Below, piece by piece: positions 17,875 to 33,017 of a stretch of DNA of 64,000 bases (its first letter is position 1; each line of letters starts with the position of its first letter). Made by a program: the position numbers and the translations under genes. Source of the stretch: the human T2T-CHM13v2.0 reference genome, Homo sapiens. Location of the stretch: NCBI RefSeq assembly GCF_009914755.1, contig NC_060927.1; one strand, given 5' to 3'. Below the pieces are notes generated by a model. The model was given only the letters and a program-made list of their open reading frames with translations. It had not been told where the DNA came from and made no database searches.

Positions 17875-18012
17875 AAAGAGAAAGGAGAGAGAGACAGTGT
17901 TGGAGAGGGTAAGGAAGGGGGTCAAAAGAGAAGGATAGAGAAAGCAAGAGAAGGGAAGGGAGGAGAGGAGAAGGAGGGGAGAAAAGGTAAAGAAGAATGA
18001 AAGGATAGAAGA
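17875..18012. repeat. GA-rich low-complexity tract
   Basis: Almost purely A/G on the + strand. Confidence 0.85.
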
Positions 18013-18199
18013 GATATTTTAAAGAAATATTTTAAGGAAGTACAACTAATGAGTATAAATGAGTTAGACAAGGTAAATATTTTAAACGTATATAATATTT
18101 TGTTGTTTTTCCTTTTTACTTTTGCTTTTAATTTTTGGATTTCAATCTCTGAGGGTTAATTATACTTCTCAATTAATGTTACCTGTATGAGACATTTGT

Positions 18200-18760
18200 T
18201 TGATTTTATTTTGTCCCGATTCCCCACTACCATTATATCCTTCCTTTATATATAATCATTTTGATATTTTGATGTTTATTGTGTATCCTTATATTTATAT
18301 ATACATATTTAAAATGTGTTTATTTCCTTTGTATGAATATGTGTATTATTAAATTATATGAATGGTGCCTTACATAAATATCTTGTTTTCTTTCTTACTT
18401 TTTTACTAGTGCCATGTTTTTGAGATGCACTATTGTTGCTGTCTACACATCAAGTCTATTGTTTCTAACTGTGGTATAGTATTCACTTGAGTGTATCCAC
18501 CATGTTTTACCCATCCACCCCTGCCTCTGCCACAGTGAAGGATACCTACACTGCCTACAATTCTTTGCCAACATAAGCAACGTTGCAATGAACATCTTCA
18601 AGCCTTTTTCTTTAAGCATTTTTTATTAGAATGTGAGATGTATATCCAAATGTGGCCTGACTGGATCATACGTATCGTCCAGTTACTGACAAACATATTG
18701 TTTTCAAGAACAGCTATGCCAGCACGCACAACCATCAGCAGTGTGTATTTTATGTTGTCT
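18200..18760 (-). mobile_element. Old L1M (L1MC/ME-like) 3' fragment
   Basis: ATGTTTTTGAGATGCACTATTGTTGCTG...TTTCTAACTGTGGTATAGTATTC...GCAATGAACATCTT, typical antisense L1M ORF2-end/3' UTR motifs. Confidence 0.6.
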
Positions 18761-19567
18761 TTAGAAATGGTAACCTTGCCATGGCCCCAAATTCTTGAAT
18801 GTATGCATGGTGATTTGTAATTCTGCTCTTCACCCTGTAATGATAAGTCTCTTCTTAACTGTAGTCTCTTTAAATATTTGAACTGTGTGAGCGCAGCTGG
18901 ACGACTGCCCGGGACCTATCCTTTATTGGCTATGAGACTTTCAGCAACTCATTTCTTCTTTCTGATTTTTCTTTCATTCACTTACTCAGCCATTCATTCA
19001 AACAATATTAATTGAACACATACTATGTACTTAGTTTATGACTCTACCACCCGATGTGTGTGTTTCTTTATCAGAAGGAGAACCACCATGTAAGCATTGT
19101 GAAGACAGTAGTTCATATGATGGACTGCCCCTGCTCTTAGAAAACTCTTGGAGACTCAGAGACATCTTCCCTGAGAAAGATAAATTTAATTTCAAACCTG
19201 AAAGGAGTTGGTTAATCAAAAAACCAGGGAGCTGTGACAATTTTTAAATTGAGAATGGCAAAAATAAATTGTATTCTGTATAGAGGAAAACAATGAATGC
19301 CGCAGACCTGAGTAGAAACATCCAAGTAGAGATTCAATAATGGAAAGGTGTGCCGTAAGGCTAGAACAAAGAGAGTGGCGTTTGCAGGAGGCTCAGAGAA
19401 GCAGGAAGGTGGTGTCAAACCAAGTAGCGTACTGAGACTTGGAAAGCATTTTGGATTACAGAAAAGTATTTATGGAAATTAAGGTAATATTCAAATATTA
19501 TATAAGCAGCTGGATGAGTACTTCATTGGTGTCTTCCAGTGTTTTCATTTTGGGTTTTTTTCTAAAT

Positions 19568-20188
<621 letters not shown>

Positions 20189-22243
20189 TCTATATTCTTT
20201 GCTTCCTGAAAAACCATAGAATGGTGAAGATTTATCTAGAGTGAAGGTTTTGATAACCAAAATTTTCTTCCTATTAAATCTGAACCCAACAGAAGGAGAC
20301 ATTTAGCCTTGAGATGATTTCAACTAGAGTCCCAGGCAGAAAGCCATTTAACTTGATTATAAGCTGTATAGACTTCAGCAGAGCAGTTTAGAAAATTATG
20401 TGGGTGTTAAAATATATGCACATATTCCGTTATATATTAACAAGATATGTGCTCAGAGAAGACTCCCACACACCCACGCACCACTTAGAATACTGGCTTA
20501 CATTTTTCTACCAGTAAAGTCACTTTGAATAAAGGAAGAAAAAAATCGAGCAGTAGTACAGTAAATGTCACATACTGTATAGTTAATTTGCAAGAATCGT
20601 TTTGCAGAAAATGAATTTTTCATGAGTATTCTTTAAAATATGTTTTGCCAGGATATTTTTCTTTGATGTGGCTAGCTTAAAACTCCCATCACCTTTTACT
20701 GAAATTTTATGATTGATCTTTTTCATATTTGAAACAATTTGATGAAAATTTATTAAATTCAGTTTTGTGCCAATCTAGTTAAACAGACTTCATTTCAGGC
20801 CTTTAAATGCTTACAGTCCAAGAGAGGGGACTGTGCTCAAAGAAATAAAATAGTGTGAAAAGTTGAAGAATCAAATTACATCTAGGTACAAATGTAACAT
20901 GATTCTTTCTGAGAGGAACGAAATCAGTTGTATTTATTCTTAAAAAAGAAAAAAAGACTACATATAGTCCAGAAAACCTTAGCTACATTTAAAAACTGTC
21001 TCACAAAACCAAAATTTGGAACTGAACCTCAATTATAATAAAATATTTTCTTTGGAGGATCTGTCAAAATAAGACAGTGTATACATGTTCTTGTTGGCAT
21101 TTTATACCTGGTGATTATTATGTAGGTATTAGAGAAGTAATATTTTTTTCCCAATCTCTTTGAGTCTTCTGTTAATAAATTTTGCAGACTTTGTAGTCAA
21201 TGTGTCTCTGACATAATCGTGCGTAAAGTGCATTTATGTATTTACAGAGGAAATGGACCATGAATAGCTGTCACTGTGGACTTTCCCCTCAGTGCCCCAT
21301 TTACTCTGTCATGCTGTAGGTGTTGCTGGGGGAAAAAAGGGTCAGCAGTTTTTGGTGTAGGCATTTTCTATGGTTAGCCAGCTTTTGTATTTCCTTTGAA
21401 GCACTAAGCTGTAACGAAAGTTGTAGGATGGCTCTATGATGAGGGCCATTTTTTGGCCAAATTTCTAAATATGAATCAGTGGATTAAACAGAAAGGTTAA
21501 ATTAGTTTTTCACATCTTCTTTACTTTTTAAAATATTATTTCAAAAACTATAATTTGAAAGTTATACTGTATCACATTTTATATATCCAGGTGTCAACTG
21601 GATTAGATGGGGATATTTCACTTTTCCCCCACATCACACAGCATTGGTAGCGTATTGGAATATTTGATATATTAGGTTCATTTATCCTAGGTTTTATATT
21701 TTAATTTGTTAAGTGAACTCTGAGGGGGAAAAGGGGAGATTTTCATTCAGGAAAACTGACTAGATAAAATAATTGAAATATAAATAAATGTCATTAAATT
21801 TGGGGGGTTTTAAAGAATATCAGGGGTCCTGTCTGGATAAGATGGAATAAACACTGGTGACTCAGTCTTCTGCACTGAATAAAGACTAGACAGATGCAAC
21901 AGAGCAGCTCTTTGAGGACTCTGATAAATAGAAGGCAAACTGGGGAAGAAGCCCAGAATTCAAATACTGATGAATTTATCATTTTTTTCCTCTAATGCTC
22001 ACAACCAACACAGCAGTGATCACAAAGGAGTTGGCAGAGAGAGCTTGAGAGAAGCCTAACTCTGGCTTCTTCTAAGAAGTTCTCCCTAGTTCTGGCTCAA
22101 GAAGCAAGTAAGGGAACTTAAAATATTCCGAAAGAGTGTGGAAATGTCCTGTTTTATTTTTCTTTCTTTTTTCTGTTCTCCCATGGCCTAGTTCCTATGC
22201 AATCCTGTGGAGACAAAATTCTAGGTGGGGAAAGTTTCTATTA

Positions 22244-22576
22244 GAGTAGTCCCCCCTTATCTGTGGGGAATATGTTCTAAGACCACCAACGCATGCCTGA
22301 AACTACCAATAGTACCAAACCCCATGTATTTTTTCTTACACAACCCCACAATAAAGTTTAATTTATAAATTAGGCATAGTAAGAGATTAACAACAATAAC
22401 GATAATAAAGCAGAACAATTATAACAATATGCTGTAATAAAAGCTATGTGAATGTAGTCTCTTTCTGTCTTTCTCAGTATATCCTGTTGTCACGTATACA
22501 CCTATTTTCAGGCTTTGATTGGCCACAGGTAACTGAAACTGCCAAGAGCAAAACCATGGATAAAAGGGGACTCCTG
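22244..22576 (-). mobile_element. MER44A (Tigger-derived MITE)
   Basis: TIRs AGTAGTCCCCCCTTATCTGTGG ... CCATGGATAAAAGGGGACTCCTG; ~330 bp. Confidence 0.85.
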
Positions 22577-24071
22577 TCTCATATCTTCAGCAGAGGATCC
22601 TTGGTTCCAAGAGAGTGAGGCTGACCACCACTGTCGTCCATCTGGATTGTCCTTTCATTGTTTGGACCTGGATGTGGGCACACCAGAAGTGCACCTCAGA
22701 GTGGGATAACTAAAACCCTGGCTTCCTTGATATAGAAGGACCCCAAGGAACCAGAAAGTATGAAAGTTATGGAGAAAAAGGAAAACTCAGGAAATCAATT
22801 CCAAATAATTGTTTATAAATTTTGGACTCGTTCCCAAGCTTGCACATGTGGATCTGATGTTATTTAGTGTACAAAAGATAGAACTGAAGATACACCACTG
22901 CCCAATGTCTGAGACTGGCCACTAGGTGGCACATGAACTGGACTGATCCAAATAGTACTGCGAATGCTTTGAAGACTATGCTAGCATTGCAACCACAGCA
23001 CACAGGAGAGGCAGATTCGAACTTAAGAGTGAACCTAACCAGGCTGACTCTTACTAAACGAAAATGTCAACATTCTCCATAGGATTTAAAGAAGTCCCAG
23101 AGTCTCATAACATAACATAATATTCAAAATGTCCAGGATACAATGAAAAAAATTTTGGTATGTAAACTATCAGGAAAATCTCAACTTTCATGGGGAAAGA
23201 CAATCAACAGATATAAATATGAAGTAACAAAGATGTTGGAATTATCTGATTCTTGAAACCAAAGGAAAAATAGAAAGTACACAAAATAAATGGAAGCTGT
23301 CAAGAAGTACCAAATGAAGATTTTAGAATTATAAAAATAACAACAACAGTAATATCTTCCCCCTCAAAACAAGAAACAAACAAAACAAAATTTAAAACCC
23401 TCCTTTGACAGGCTCAGTAGCAGAATAGAGATGACAGAGGAAAGAATCAATGAACTTGAAGAAAAATCAATAAAAATGATTTAATCAGAACCATAGAAAG
23501 TTTTCTTAAAAAATGAAAAGTTTAACAGAACATTAGACATCTGTGGGGAAATAACAAAAAAACTAGTGTTTTTGTTATTTGAGTCCCAGAAGGATAGAAG
23601 AAAAAGTGCAGTGCAGAAAAAAGTTAAAGAAGTAATCGATAAAAATGTCCCCAAATTGGCAAAAGAACTGGACATAAAGATTCAAAAAGCTCAGTGAATG
23701 CCAAACAGGATAAAAGCAAACAAATCCACACCCAGAAGCACTGTAATCAAACTGCTAAAAATTAAAGACAAAGAAAAAAGCCCAGAAGTCACCCAGAAAA
23801 AAAAGATTCGTTATCAATAGAAGAACAGTGACATAGCTCAGAAGGAAGTGTTGAAAGAAAATAACTTTCAACTCAGAATTCTATACCCAATGAACGTATC
23901 CCTCTGGAATGAAGGTGAAATAAAAACACTTTGAGAAGAAGAAAAACTAAGGGCATTTATTGCCTTGCAGACCTGATCTAAAGGCATTGTGAAAAAAAAA
24001 AAAAGCTCTTTAGGATTTTAGGATGAAGGGAATTAATATAAGAAGGAAACATGGAACATTAACAATGAAGG

Positions 24072-24372
24072 AGGCTGGACACAATGGCTCACACCTGTAA
24101 TCCCAGCACTTTGGGAGGCTGAGGCAGGCAGATCACTTGAGGTCAGGAGTTCAAGACCAGCCTGGCCAAATGGTGAAACCCCGCCTCTACTAAAAATACA
24201 AAAATTAGCCAAGCGTGGTGGCATGCACCTGTAATCCAAGCTACTCAGAAGGCTGAGGCACAAGAATCACTTGAACCTGGTAGGCAGAGGTTGCAGTGAG
24301 CCGAGAATGTGCCACTGCAGTGCAACAGAGCAGAGCGAGACTTTGTGTTTAAAAAAATAAATAAATAAATAC
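24072..24372 (+). mobile_element. AluS
   Basis: Dimeric Alu with an (AAAT)n tail. Confidence 0.95.
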
Positions 24373-25184
24373 AAAGAAGCAACAATGAAAATGGCAAATG
24401 TTTGGGTAAGTATAATAGATTTTTTCCCTAAATAGTGTGTGGGAGTTGAAAGCAGAAATTACAATATTGTCAAATGAGATTTCAATGTATGTATATAATC
24501 ATGACATAAATAGGAAGCTAAAGTGATCCAAATGGTAGTAAGCTTTCTACATTCAGCCAAAAGTGGTAAAATATTAATTCTAAGTAGACTGTAAAAAGTT
24601 AAATACATATATTGTAATCCTTCGTGAAATAACAAAAAAGAAGTCAGGAAACAGAGAAATGAAAAAACAGAAATAACTAACAGAAAACAAATAATAAAAC
24701 AGTAAACCTAAATCCAAACATATCAAGAATTACATCAAATGCAAATCGTCAAATCACATCTATTAAAAGACACAGATTTTTAGGGTGGATAAGGAATATT
24801 AGACAATCAAATTAATCCCTGCTTTGAAAACTGTCTTTGTCTTACAATGAGGAAACAGAGATTTAGAGGAGAAATAAATTGTTCAAGATCCTACAGCAAC
24901 CAGATTTAGAGGACAGTTTTTCTAAATTCTTAGATATTGCTTCCTACTACTTCACAAAAGACCTTGTCCCAGCCCTCTAGGGTATTGCTGGGATAAAGAA
25001 TAAGGAAGTGGGAACAGCTAGATTGCATTGTTTCAGGACTGAATTCAGAGTTAAATGTCAGGAGGGTCCTGACCCTGTGCCAGAGGAGTATGTTACTAGG
25101 AAAGCCATTGAAAAAGCCCATCATCATATAGGGAGGTAGTCAATAATGGCTAAAGTGGCATCAACCCCATAGGGGTCATACTGG

Positions 25185-25703
25185 GTATATTAGTCAGGAT
25201 TCTTCAAAGAAATAGAACTAATAGGATACACACATGCACACATGCACACACACACACACACACACACACACGGAGGAGAGGGGAGATTTATTATGAGGAA
25301 TTGGCTCATACAATTGTGGGGGGCTGAAAAGTGTCATGATCTGCCATCTGCCGTCTAGAGATCCAGGAAAACCGGTGGTGTAATTCTAACCCAAGTTCAA
25401 TGACCAGAGAGCTGATGGTGCAAATCCCAGTTAGGGGAAGAGAATACCTGTGTCCCAGCTCAAGGAGACAGGCAGGAAGCCAAAAGGGGTAAATTCCTCC
25501 TTCCTCCACTTTTCTGTCCTATTCAAGCTTTCAACAGATTGGATGATGGACACCCACGTTGAAGAAGACAGTCTACTTTACCGACACTGCTAACTCAGAC
25601 GTTAATCTCATCTGGAAACATCCTCACAGACACACACAGAAAGAATGTTTCTATTTGGGAACCCTGTGGCACAGTCATGTTGACGCATAAAATTGACCAC
25701 AAT
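25185..25703 (-). mobile_element. MLT2-family ERVL LTR with an internal (CA)n
   Basis: TATTAGTCAGGATTCTTCAAAGAAATAGAACTAATAGGA...GATTTATTATGAGGAATTGGCTCA...GTTAATCTCATCTGGAAACATCCTCACAGACAC...TTGACGCATAAAATTGACCAC. Confidence 0.85.
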
Positions 25704-26974
25704 ACTAGATCTGACCCAATTTCCAGCATGCTTCTTGGGAAAAAAAGGAAGTGTGAGGCAAATTTCTCTAGGTTTTTCATGAGGAGAGTTGCATACATTC
25801 TGACAAAGGCAGAGAAAGTGACCTGGTAACCAGGTATCTTCTTTTGATATATGCTGCTTGCATTCAGCAGGTTCTAAGCAGTGAAACTCAGAGTAACCTA
25901 TGGTGAATTTCTGACTTCCCCTCCCTTATTGTTGGAGCAAGTCGAGGAATTTTATGAGACAAGTTGTGTGTCTGCTGGAAAGAATAAGGGCAAGGACTAG
26001 AGAAATATAGGGTACATGGACTTAAATAGTAAAATACAGAAACACGCACTATTGAATTACCTAGCTTTCTAGCTTTCTGGAGGAGACACAGATTTCTGTT
26101 TTCTTCCTTATAATGGGTTCAGTCAGTGTACATGTAATTGAGGAAGAGTCATATGTTACCTCTTTGTTTTTAGAGTGTAGTGCTGGGCGAAGAAAAAGAA
26201 ATAAAACACAAGTGTGAGAGTTTTGGTTGCAGGAGACAGTGTGCTCTGAGTAAAAGTGTGAAAAAAGCTATTGTAATTTAATTTTGTCCTGAGAATGGGT
26301 GCTCAGATGCAAGAGAATAAATCTGACTACTCATGAGCTAAGAGACATTCTTAGCCAGGACTATATTGTCAGGGGAAAGTGAACTCCTTTCCAAGTGACA
26401 GAGAAGTCTGTCTTAACATATTCTCACTACTAAATAAAGTAGCATTGTGAACCATTACAGCAGAAGCAAAAAATATAACTTTATTTTTGTAAAGGTCCAG
26501 ATTTTAAATATATGCTGTTAATAATTTGGGGGGCTACCATTTCAAGACGGTGGCCACATTTATTAACCTAATTCAGATCCAAATATTTTGTTCATAAAGT
26601 AAGCACTCACATAACGCGATTGCTTAAACAAGTATCTCTCTGGATTCAGACAGAAGAAGTTGTCCTTGAATCAACTCTGAATATTTGGGCAACATCTTAA
26701 TACAAGGCCAAGCTCCGTATCAAGAAATCTTTAAATATATCACTACAACACCTCTAGGAGATTAGGCATGATGCTGAAATATGGCAGGGACATTGCAGAA
26801 ACTTAGCATCTAATATCCCCTGCTATTAAAATTGTCTAAACCTTGTCATAAGAGAGTCTTCTACTCATAACTCTCATGCACATTTACAACTTAAAATTTC
26901 TCTGGAAAGTTGACTTCAACCAGCCTTGACTAGGCACTTAATAAATGTTAACTACGGTTTATTAAGGGTTCATT

Positions 26975-27128
26975 CAGTGGAGTGATTCTCAAATCTGCAA
27001 GAAAGAATCACCTGCCTTTACTCCAAACTGATTTCATCAGGATTTCTAGGGGTGGGGCCTAAGCCTCAGTATATGTTTTAGAAGTTGTCAGGTAATTCTA
27101 ATATGCAGTTGAGGTTACAAACCAATGA
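26975..27128. mobile_element. MER5-family hAT-Charlie MITE
   Basis: GTGATTCTCAAA...AGAATCACCTG...GGGGTGGGGCCT...CAGGTAATTCTAATATGCAG...AACCAATG. Confidence 0.65.
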
Positions 27129-28130
27129 ATATATCCTAAGCAAGAAGAGTAATGAAATCTAAATAGTAACAACATATGATAACTACATAGATACTGAAAT
27201 AATCAATTACTTTTATTTCCTTGAAGAAACAAAATCATGAAAATGAAACCATCTTATGCATTCTTGATGAGATGCCTCTTAGACTCCTCCATCTGGAAGA
27301 AGGATACGTACGCTTGACCAGAACCTAGGCCCTAACTATAGAGGCAATGATGTGCTGGGTTTTGGATGGGGGAAACAGTGAGGAAGTAGGGAGAGCTAAT
27401 CCCTCCAATTCCTGCTTTTAGAACCAAGTTCCAGATAACTATATGCTCTGTATCAGGGAAGTGGGTGGCCATCTCCAAGTCCATGGACAATTATGCTGGC
27501 TATATTCTAACAGGTCACAGTCACTTGTTTCGAGCCAGGTTAGAAATAGCTCTGGCATTTAAGATGGAGAGTGAGTTAGTAAAGCAGATTCATATCACTC
27601 TTGTCCATAATTCCATGATTAGTTCACCTTTGGGCTGAGATGTCCCAGCACAGGTCATCTGCTAGTAGTGTGGGCAAGTTTCTAATTCAGTGAGACCCCC
27701 AAATTGCGGTGTTGTGATGATCATTCTCCTAGTGAACTAGATATGGTGAAGTAATAGCATCTATGCTCTATCATTCTAGGGTGATCTGACCAAGATTTCT
27801 TGGTATACGATTTAGAGAATATTGCTACTCTAATCCACAGTGTTGAAAGAAAGAACTCATCTCCTCATACATCCAGTGTGCCTCTCTTTGATTTCTTATA
27901 GGGAACACCCAGACAGCATGTAGGTTAGTTAGTTACTTTCCTTGTCGTACAGGAGATCAGAAATGACAGTGGCTCAACTTGCCAGAGAAACAAGTATCCT
28001 GGACCACAAAAACATCGTTAACCTAGACCTTATAGCCTGTTGGTGTTAGTACCTTCAGCAGGAGGATGTACTAGACAATGGAAGAGGTTGTGAATATGCC
28101 CAGTACAAACCTCGAGGGCAGTTCACATTT

Positions 28131-28525
28131 TGTGATAGAAGTGTCTAATTCCTTACCCAATTTCAATTCCTTTTTCTTCCTTACCCACGAACCTCCAGTT
28201 CTGGCCAGTGAGACCTATGCTGGGGGTTTCTGGAAAAGACGTTTCCATGTTAGAGGTACCACATATTTCCACCTCCCTGTCTTCCTTTTTTCTGTGTCCT
28301 AGATGTGAGCATGATGCCTACAACTGGAGCAGCCATTTTGGACTGTGAATAAATGGTACTTTGAAGAAAAAGTACATTGAATTGCAGAGACTTCGGTCAT
28401 GATGTCTTTGAATGGTCCAAATAACATGTGGAATGCCTGTATTCAGGCTTATCATTACACACACACACAAAAAGCAAACAAACCCACAACCTTCCAATTT
28501 AATTTAGCCACTATTTTCTTGGTTG
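28131..28525 (+). mobile_element. Old MaLR LTR (MLT1I/J/K-like)
   Basis: TGTGATAGAAG...CCTTACCCAAT...CTTCCTTACC; GATGCCTACAACTGGAGCAGCCATTTTG; TTTAGCCACTATTT. Confidence 0.45.
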
Positions 28526-29269
28526 TAAAGGTAAAGTACCAATCAGATCTATTATGAGGGTATGCTTATGAGGTGAAGCCGTCAGCATAGAAAATAATTA
28601 CTCAAAACACTAGGGAAAAATATCATCAACAAATTCAGAGTTAAGTCAGTCAATGAAGCAGTGGTACAACCGAAAATGCATATAAGAAACAAAAAGATGA
28701 AACAGGCAAGGAAAATGACATCAGAGACAAGTCATAGCATGACTGACATGCAATTCATATATTAAATACTCCTCCTGCAATGTTCTTCTTGTGTATGTCT
28801 TTGTGTGCCTCTCTGGGTCAGGAACATATTTTTCAAGACAGCAAATTGCAGTGGGTAGGCAAGGTTAATACACAAGTAGGTATAATATATAAGAGACATA
28901 GCACAGAAATTAAGATACATTGTCTTTCAGATAAGGTTGTCAAAATGAATTAGAAAAATAATGTGACAACAGCAATATTATTTTATACTCATAAGAAAAA
29001 CAATTGTGAAAGTATGTGCTCAGAAGATGCACTTTACTTTTAAATAAAATGTATTCAATCCTCTCAAAAAAACAAACCTGAAAGTCAGTGGAAAATCAAG
29101 ACTTTTTTTGAAAGATGGTAACCCAAGGTTTTGATGCCAATATAAATATAAAACCAATACTTCTCACAAATGGAATAGGGTAGTTTGGATTGTTAATACA
29201 CTTAGTGTCATTCAAAGTGTTCAAAACACGTGCTATGTTCTGTAGAGGAGATTCAAGAAAGGCACGCGT

Positions 29270-29707
<438 letters not shown>

Positions 29708-30089
29708 CTAACCCCCTCCATGAGAGTCATCTAAAAGCATTGAACATATCAGATATATCGAGTTATTGTCAAATGTACCACTTTTCTTTAAAATTGCAGC
29801 TGTTTATCTCTTCATCAGTGACCTGCACAGTGCCTTCTTCATAGCAGTCACTTAATAATGCTTAGGGAATTGAATTGTCAATGTTTTTGTTTGTTCTTAT
29901 GGTTTATGGCAGTAGCTTTAATTAATCAATATTTGCATTTCTCTGCGGATTTTTAGAATATCCAATGACTTGTGATAGAAAATACATCTATTCATTAGTA
30001 ATGGAGATTTGCTACTTTTTGCTCTTCATTTACATTTCCTCTTGATAAAAGGGATCTGAATTGCATTCAAATATTTACTCCTCAACCAT

Positions 30090-30456
30090 GCAGACTTGTA
30101 TCTTGGGGGACAATCCAACCTCCAGGTCTTGGTTGACTTACACTAGTCAACATATCTCAAGTCTCTGGCCATGGTCAGTCACTGAAGTGTGGACAGATGA
30201 TCTAAATCAGGCCAACGAAATGTAAGATGTCGTCTGGGGGATTCTAATAGAGAATAGATGATATAAGCATGCAGGTTCTGAAACTACTAAAGGAAATTCT
30301 GCCTCTAAGGGAGAAGTTATACATGGAGGTGGACAGAGCTGAGAGAACTACAAAGTAAGCCTCGATGGTGATGCTGTGTACCTAGATATTCGAGATGAAG
30401 CGCCAGTTTGGTTTGGGGATTCTGTCTGAGCAACCAGAAGCATCCTAGCAGATACA
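30090..30456 (+). mobile_element. Old MaLR LTR (MLT1K/L-like)
   Basis: CTCTGGCCATGG...AAATCAGGCCAA...GCCAGTTTGGTTTGGGGATTCTGT...CAACCAGAAGCATCCTAGCAGATACA terminus. Confidence 0.45.
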
Positions 30457-31239
30457 GATGTTCAAACAAATACAAAGGCTGTATTGAAAACCTTTGAGTA
30501 ACTTTTCGTTTTTATTGATCTCAACTCAGTTTTTCTTCCACCTCCTTTTCTGAACATTCTTCCCAACCAAGCCCTGTTTTCCAAGTATCCATCTTTCATT
30601 CAAATGATTTCCTCTACTTGAGAGGCCTTTGTCGTCCCCCTTTATCACTCAGCAAATATCTGTTCTTTTTCAATCGCTGTCTTGCCTCTAATCCCTGATG
30701 ATGCCTTTGTTGCCTCCTCAGTGGTATATAAAATCTTTTTTGCATTTATCATAGCACATACTTTTAGGTATTGCATTATTTATTTATGTGTCTGCCTTTG
30801 TTGTTGTTGTTTTGAGATTGCAATTCAGTGTATGATGCCTAAACTCAACTGAGCCTCTAGTTGGTATGTTATGAATAAAAGAATAAATGAACGTACTTTA
30901 GTTCTTAATCCTTGAAAGCAAGATGTCCGGTTGAGACAAGTAGCTACGTAATTACAAAGAAACATTTACTTTTCTTTCAACTCTTCTACAAAATTAGACA
31001 TCTTTCCCATCTGTAAATCAATTTTTGATCTTTTTCTTAAAAAGACACAGCGCTTTTTCAGCAATATAGGATAAACACACTAAAAAAAAAAAGGTAGACT
31101 TCTCAAAGAAGTTTAATGTTTAAAAAAAAGTGCCAGTATTTCGTCTACGTGCATGAGCATCTCAGGATTTTAATTGTTTTTAATTCCAGGAGGGTAATGA
31201 TGTATAAACGTTTTACAAATCTGAGCTCAGAAAACAATG

Positions 31240-32977
31240 ATTTGAATAATCTGTGCTTTAATGGAAAAATGAAACATTAATTTGTTTAGTTTCTCATACA
31301 ACATGTTTACTAAACATTTCAGTGTCAATAATTTCTTAAGATTGTAACATTTAACCTTGTATTGGAGCTAATACCAATTCTAGCCATGGGAGTATGTTTT
31401 GGACTTTTTGAACAATTTTGAGTAAAATGAATGTCACTGTCTTTAAATTGTACTTGGAGCAAAGACAAAGAAACATCAGCTCATTCTTTCCAACTAATAG
31501 AACATTTAATGATGCAATTTTTATTACATTATTTTAAGGCTATTATCATAATGTTAAATATTCTTATTTTTTTTTGCTTCCGTCTGTTACTAAAGCTCAA
31601 TACATCATTCTGAACATTATTAATTTTCACTTAACTTAGATTTAAGTATTGAATTTTTAACTTGGGCTCCAGGAAAAATCCTGAAAAAGAAAGATCAGCA
31701 TCTAGCATCCTTTTCCTATTCTTTCACCACAAATTCTCAATTTGATATGACTTATCATGAAATCTGTATTGGGAAGTATAGATTTCTAAGATAACTTTTT
31801 GTAACTAAAAAATAATTTCCTGTGCATCACAAGGGGGATTAAAAATCACCAAAGTACTGAAGGAACACGTGCTTTGATTATTATTCCCACCTGTTTCTTT
31901 TTTATTATAAAGTGGCAATTTGTACCATCATTAGAAATGTACATTAATGTATAAAGTTTTGCATTCAAATCTCTTTATTTTTGATTACCTATGACTAAAG
32001 ACCACAAATCAAATAAAAACTCATATAATATATCCTTATTTCAGAAGCATATGTATATATACACATATATATTTGTAGAACAATCCACTGTTTTAAATGT
32101 AATTTTGACTTAAAAAATGCTATTTACAATTTTATGACAGAGAAATAACCTCAGCCTTTTATGGTATTAAAATGAGCAGGGAATTTTTATGTTTGTGTCT
32201 CATCTTGTGCAGATGAAATTAAGCAATATCATGGAAAACCTTCTCAAGAGCAAGGCCTTGTAGACTAAGGTATGAGGGTGAAATCGATTTGCTATTTCTG
32301 GGTCTATGTTTTTAAAAAATTACTGGCAACGTAGTCATACTTACTTCTTCACCAAGAAATCAGTGCTCCCAAATTAGGAATTCCAAACTTTTCAATATGC
32401 AACCTTTAAGTCTTTCCTTGTCCTTACTCTTGTCTTAATACTCTCATCTCCCACTAGTGGCACCGCAGGACTACCAATCTAGATATTAGATTGTTGCTAT
32501 TTTATTAAACAGAAGAGTCTTAGTTCTTTTAAACAAGCTTTCTGAATTAGAATGAGGCCCATAAAGCATCACATTGCATTACATTGATATCTCTTTATTG
32601 CGCCAATCCATAATGGCTAAAAATGTGCTATTAAATTGTATGTAAATTTCAAAGCCAAAACGATTACTATGAGAATAGGATGGCTTGCTGCCCTCCAATT
32701 TGCGGAAGCACAAAAGTCTCTGAATTAGCAAATGGAACTTCAGCTCCATTTGTTTCTATACTTTATTCTGCGAGCTTAAAAATCAAGTAAGGTGTATTGA
32801 CCAGAAAGCTATTTTGTGAGACTCTCAAAAGTTTTGTTTTCATTCTTAAGCTCGTTGATTTTGAAACTTATTCCAATAAGAACTCAGAATAAACATATCT
32901 TAATTTATATCTGCGTAGCCAATTGCAAAGCATTACTAAAAGCCATATTTTTTCCTGGGAAAAATCCCAATGCAACT

Positions 32978-33017
<40 letters not shown>

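Larger units (their letters stand above)
21820..24795 (+). mobile_element. Old L1M 5' UTR/ORF1/ORF2-start remnant, interrupted by MER44A and an Alu
   Basis: A-rich decayed ORF1 (CAGTAGCAGAATAGAGATGACAGAGGAAAGAATCAATGAACTTGAAG; CAACTCAGAATTCTATACCCA; GAATGAAGGTGAAATAAAAACA) and an ORF2 endonuclease-start-like segment at ~24700-24795. Confidence 0.7.
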
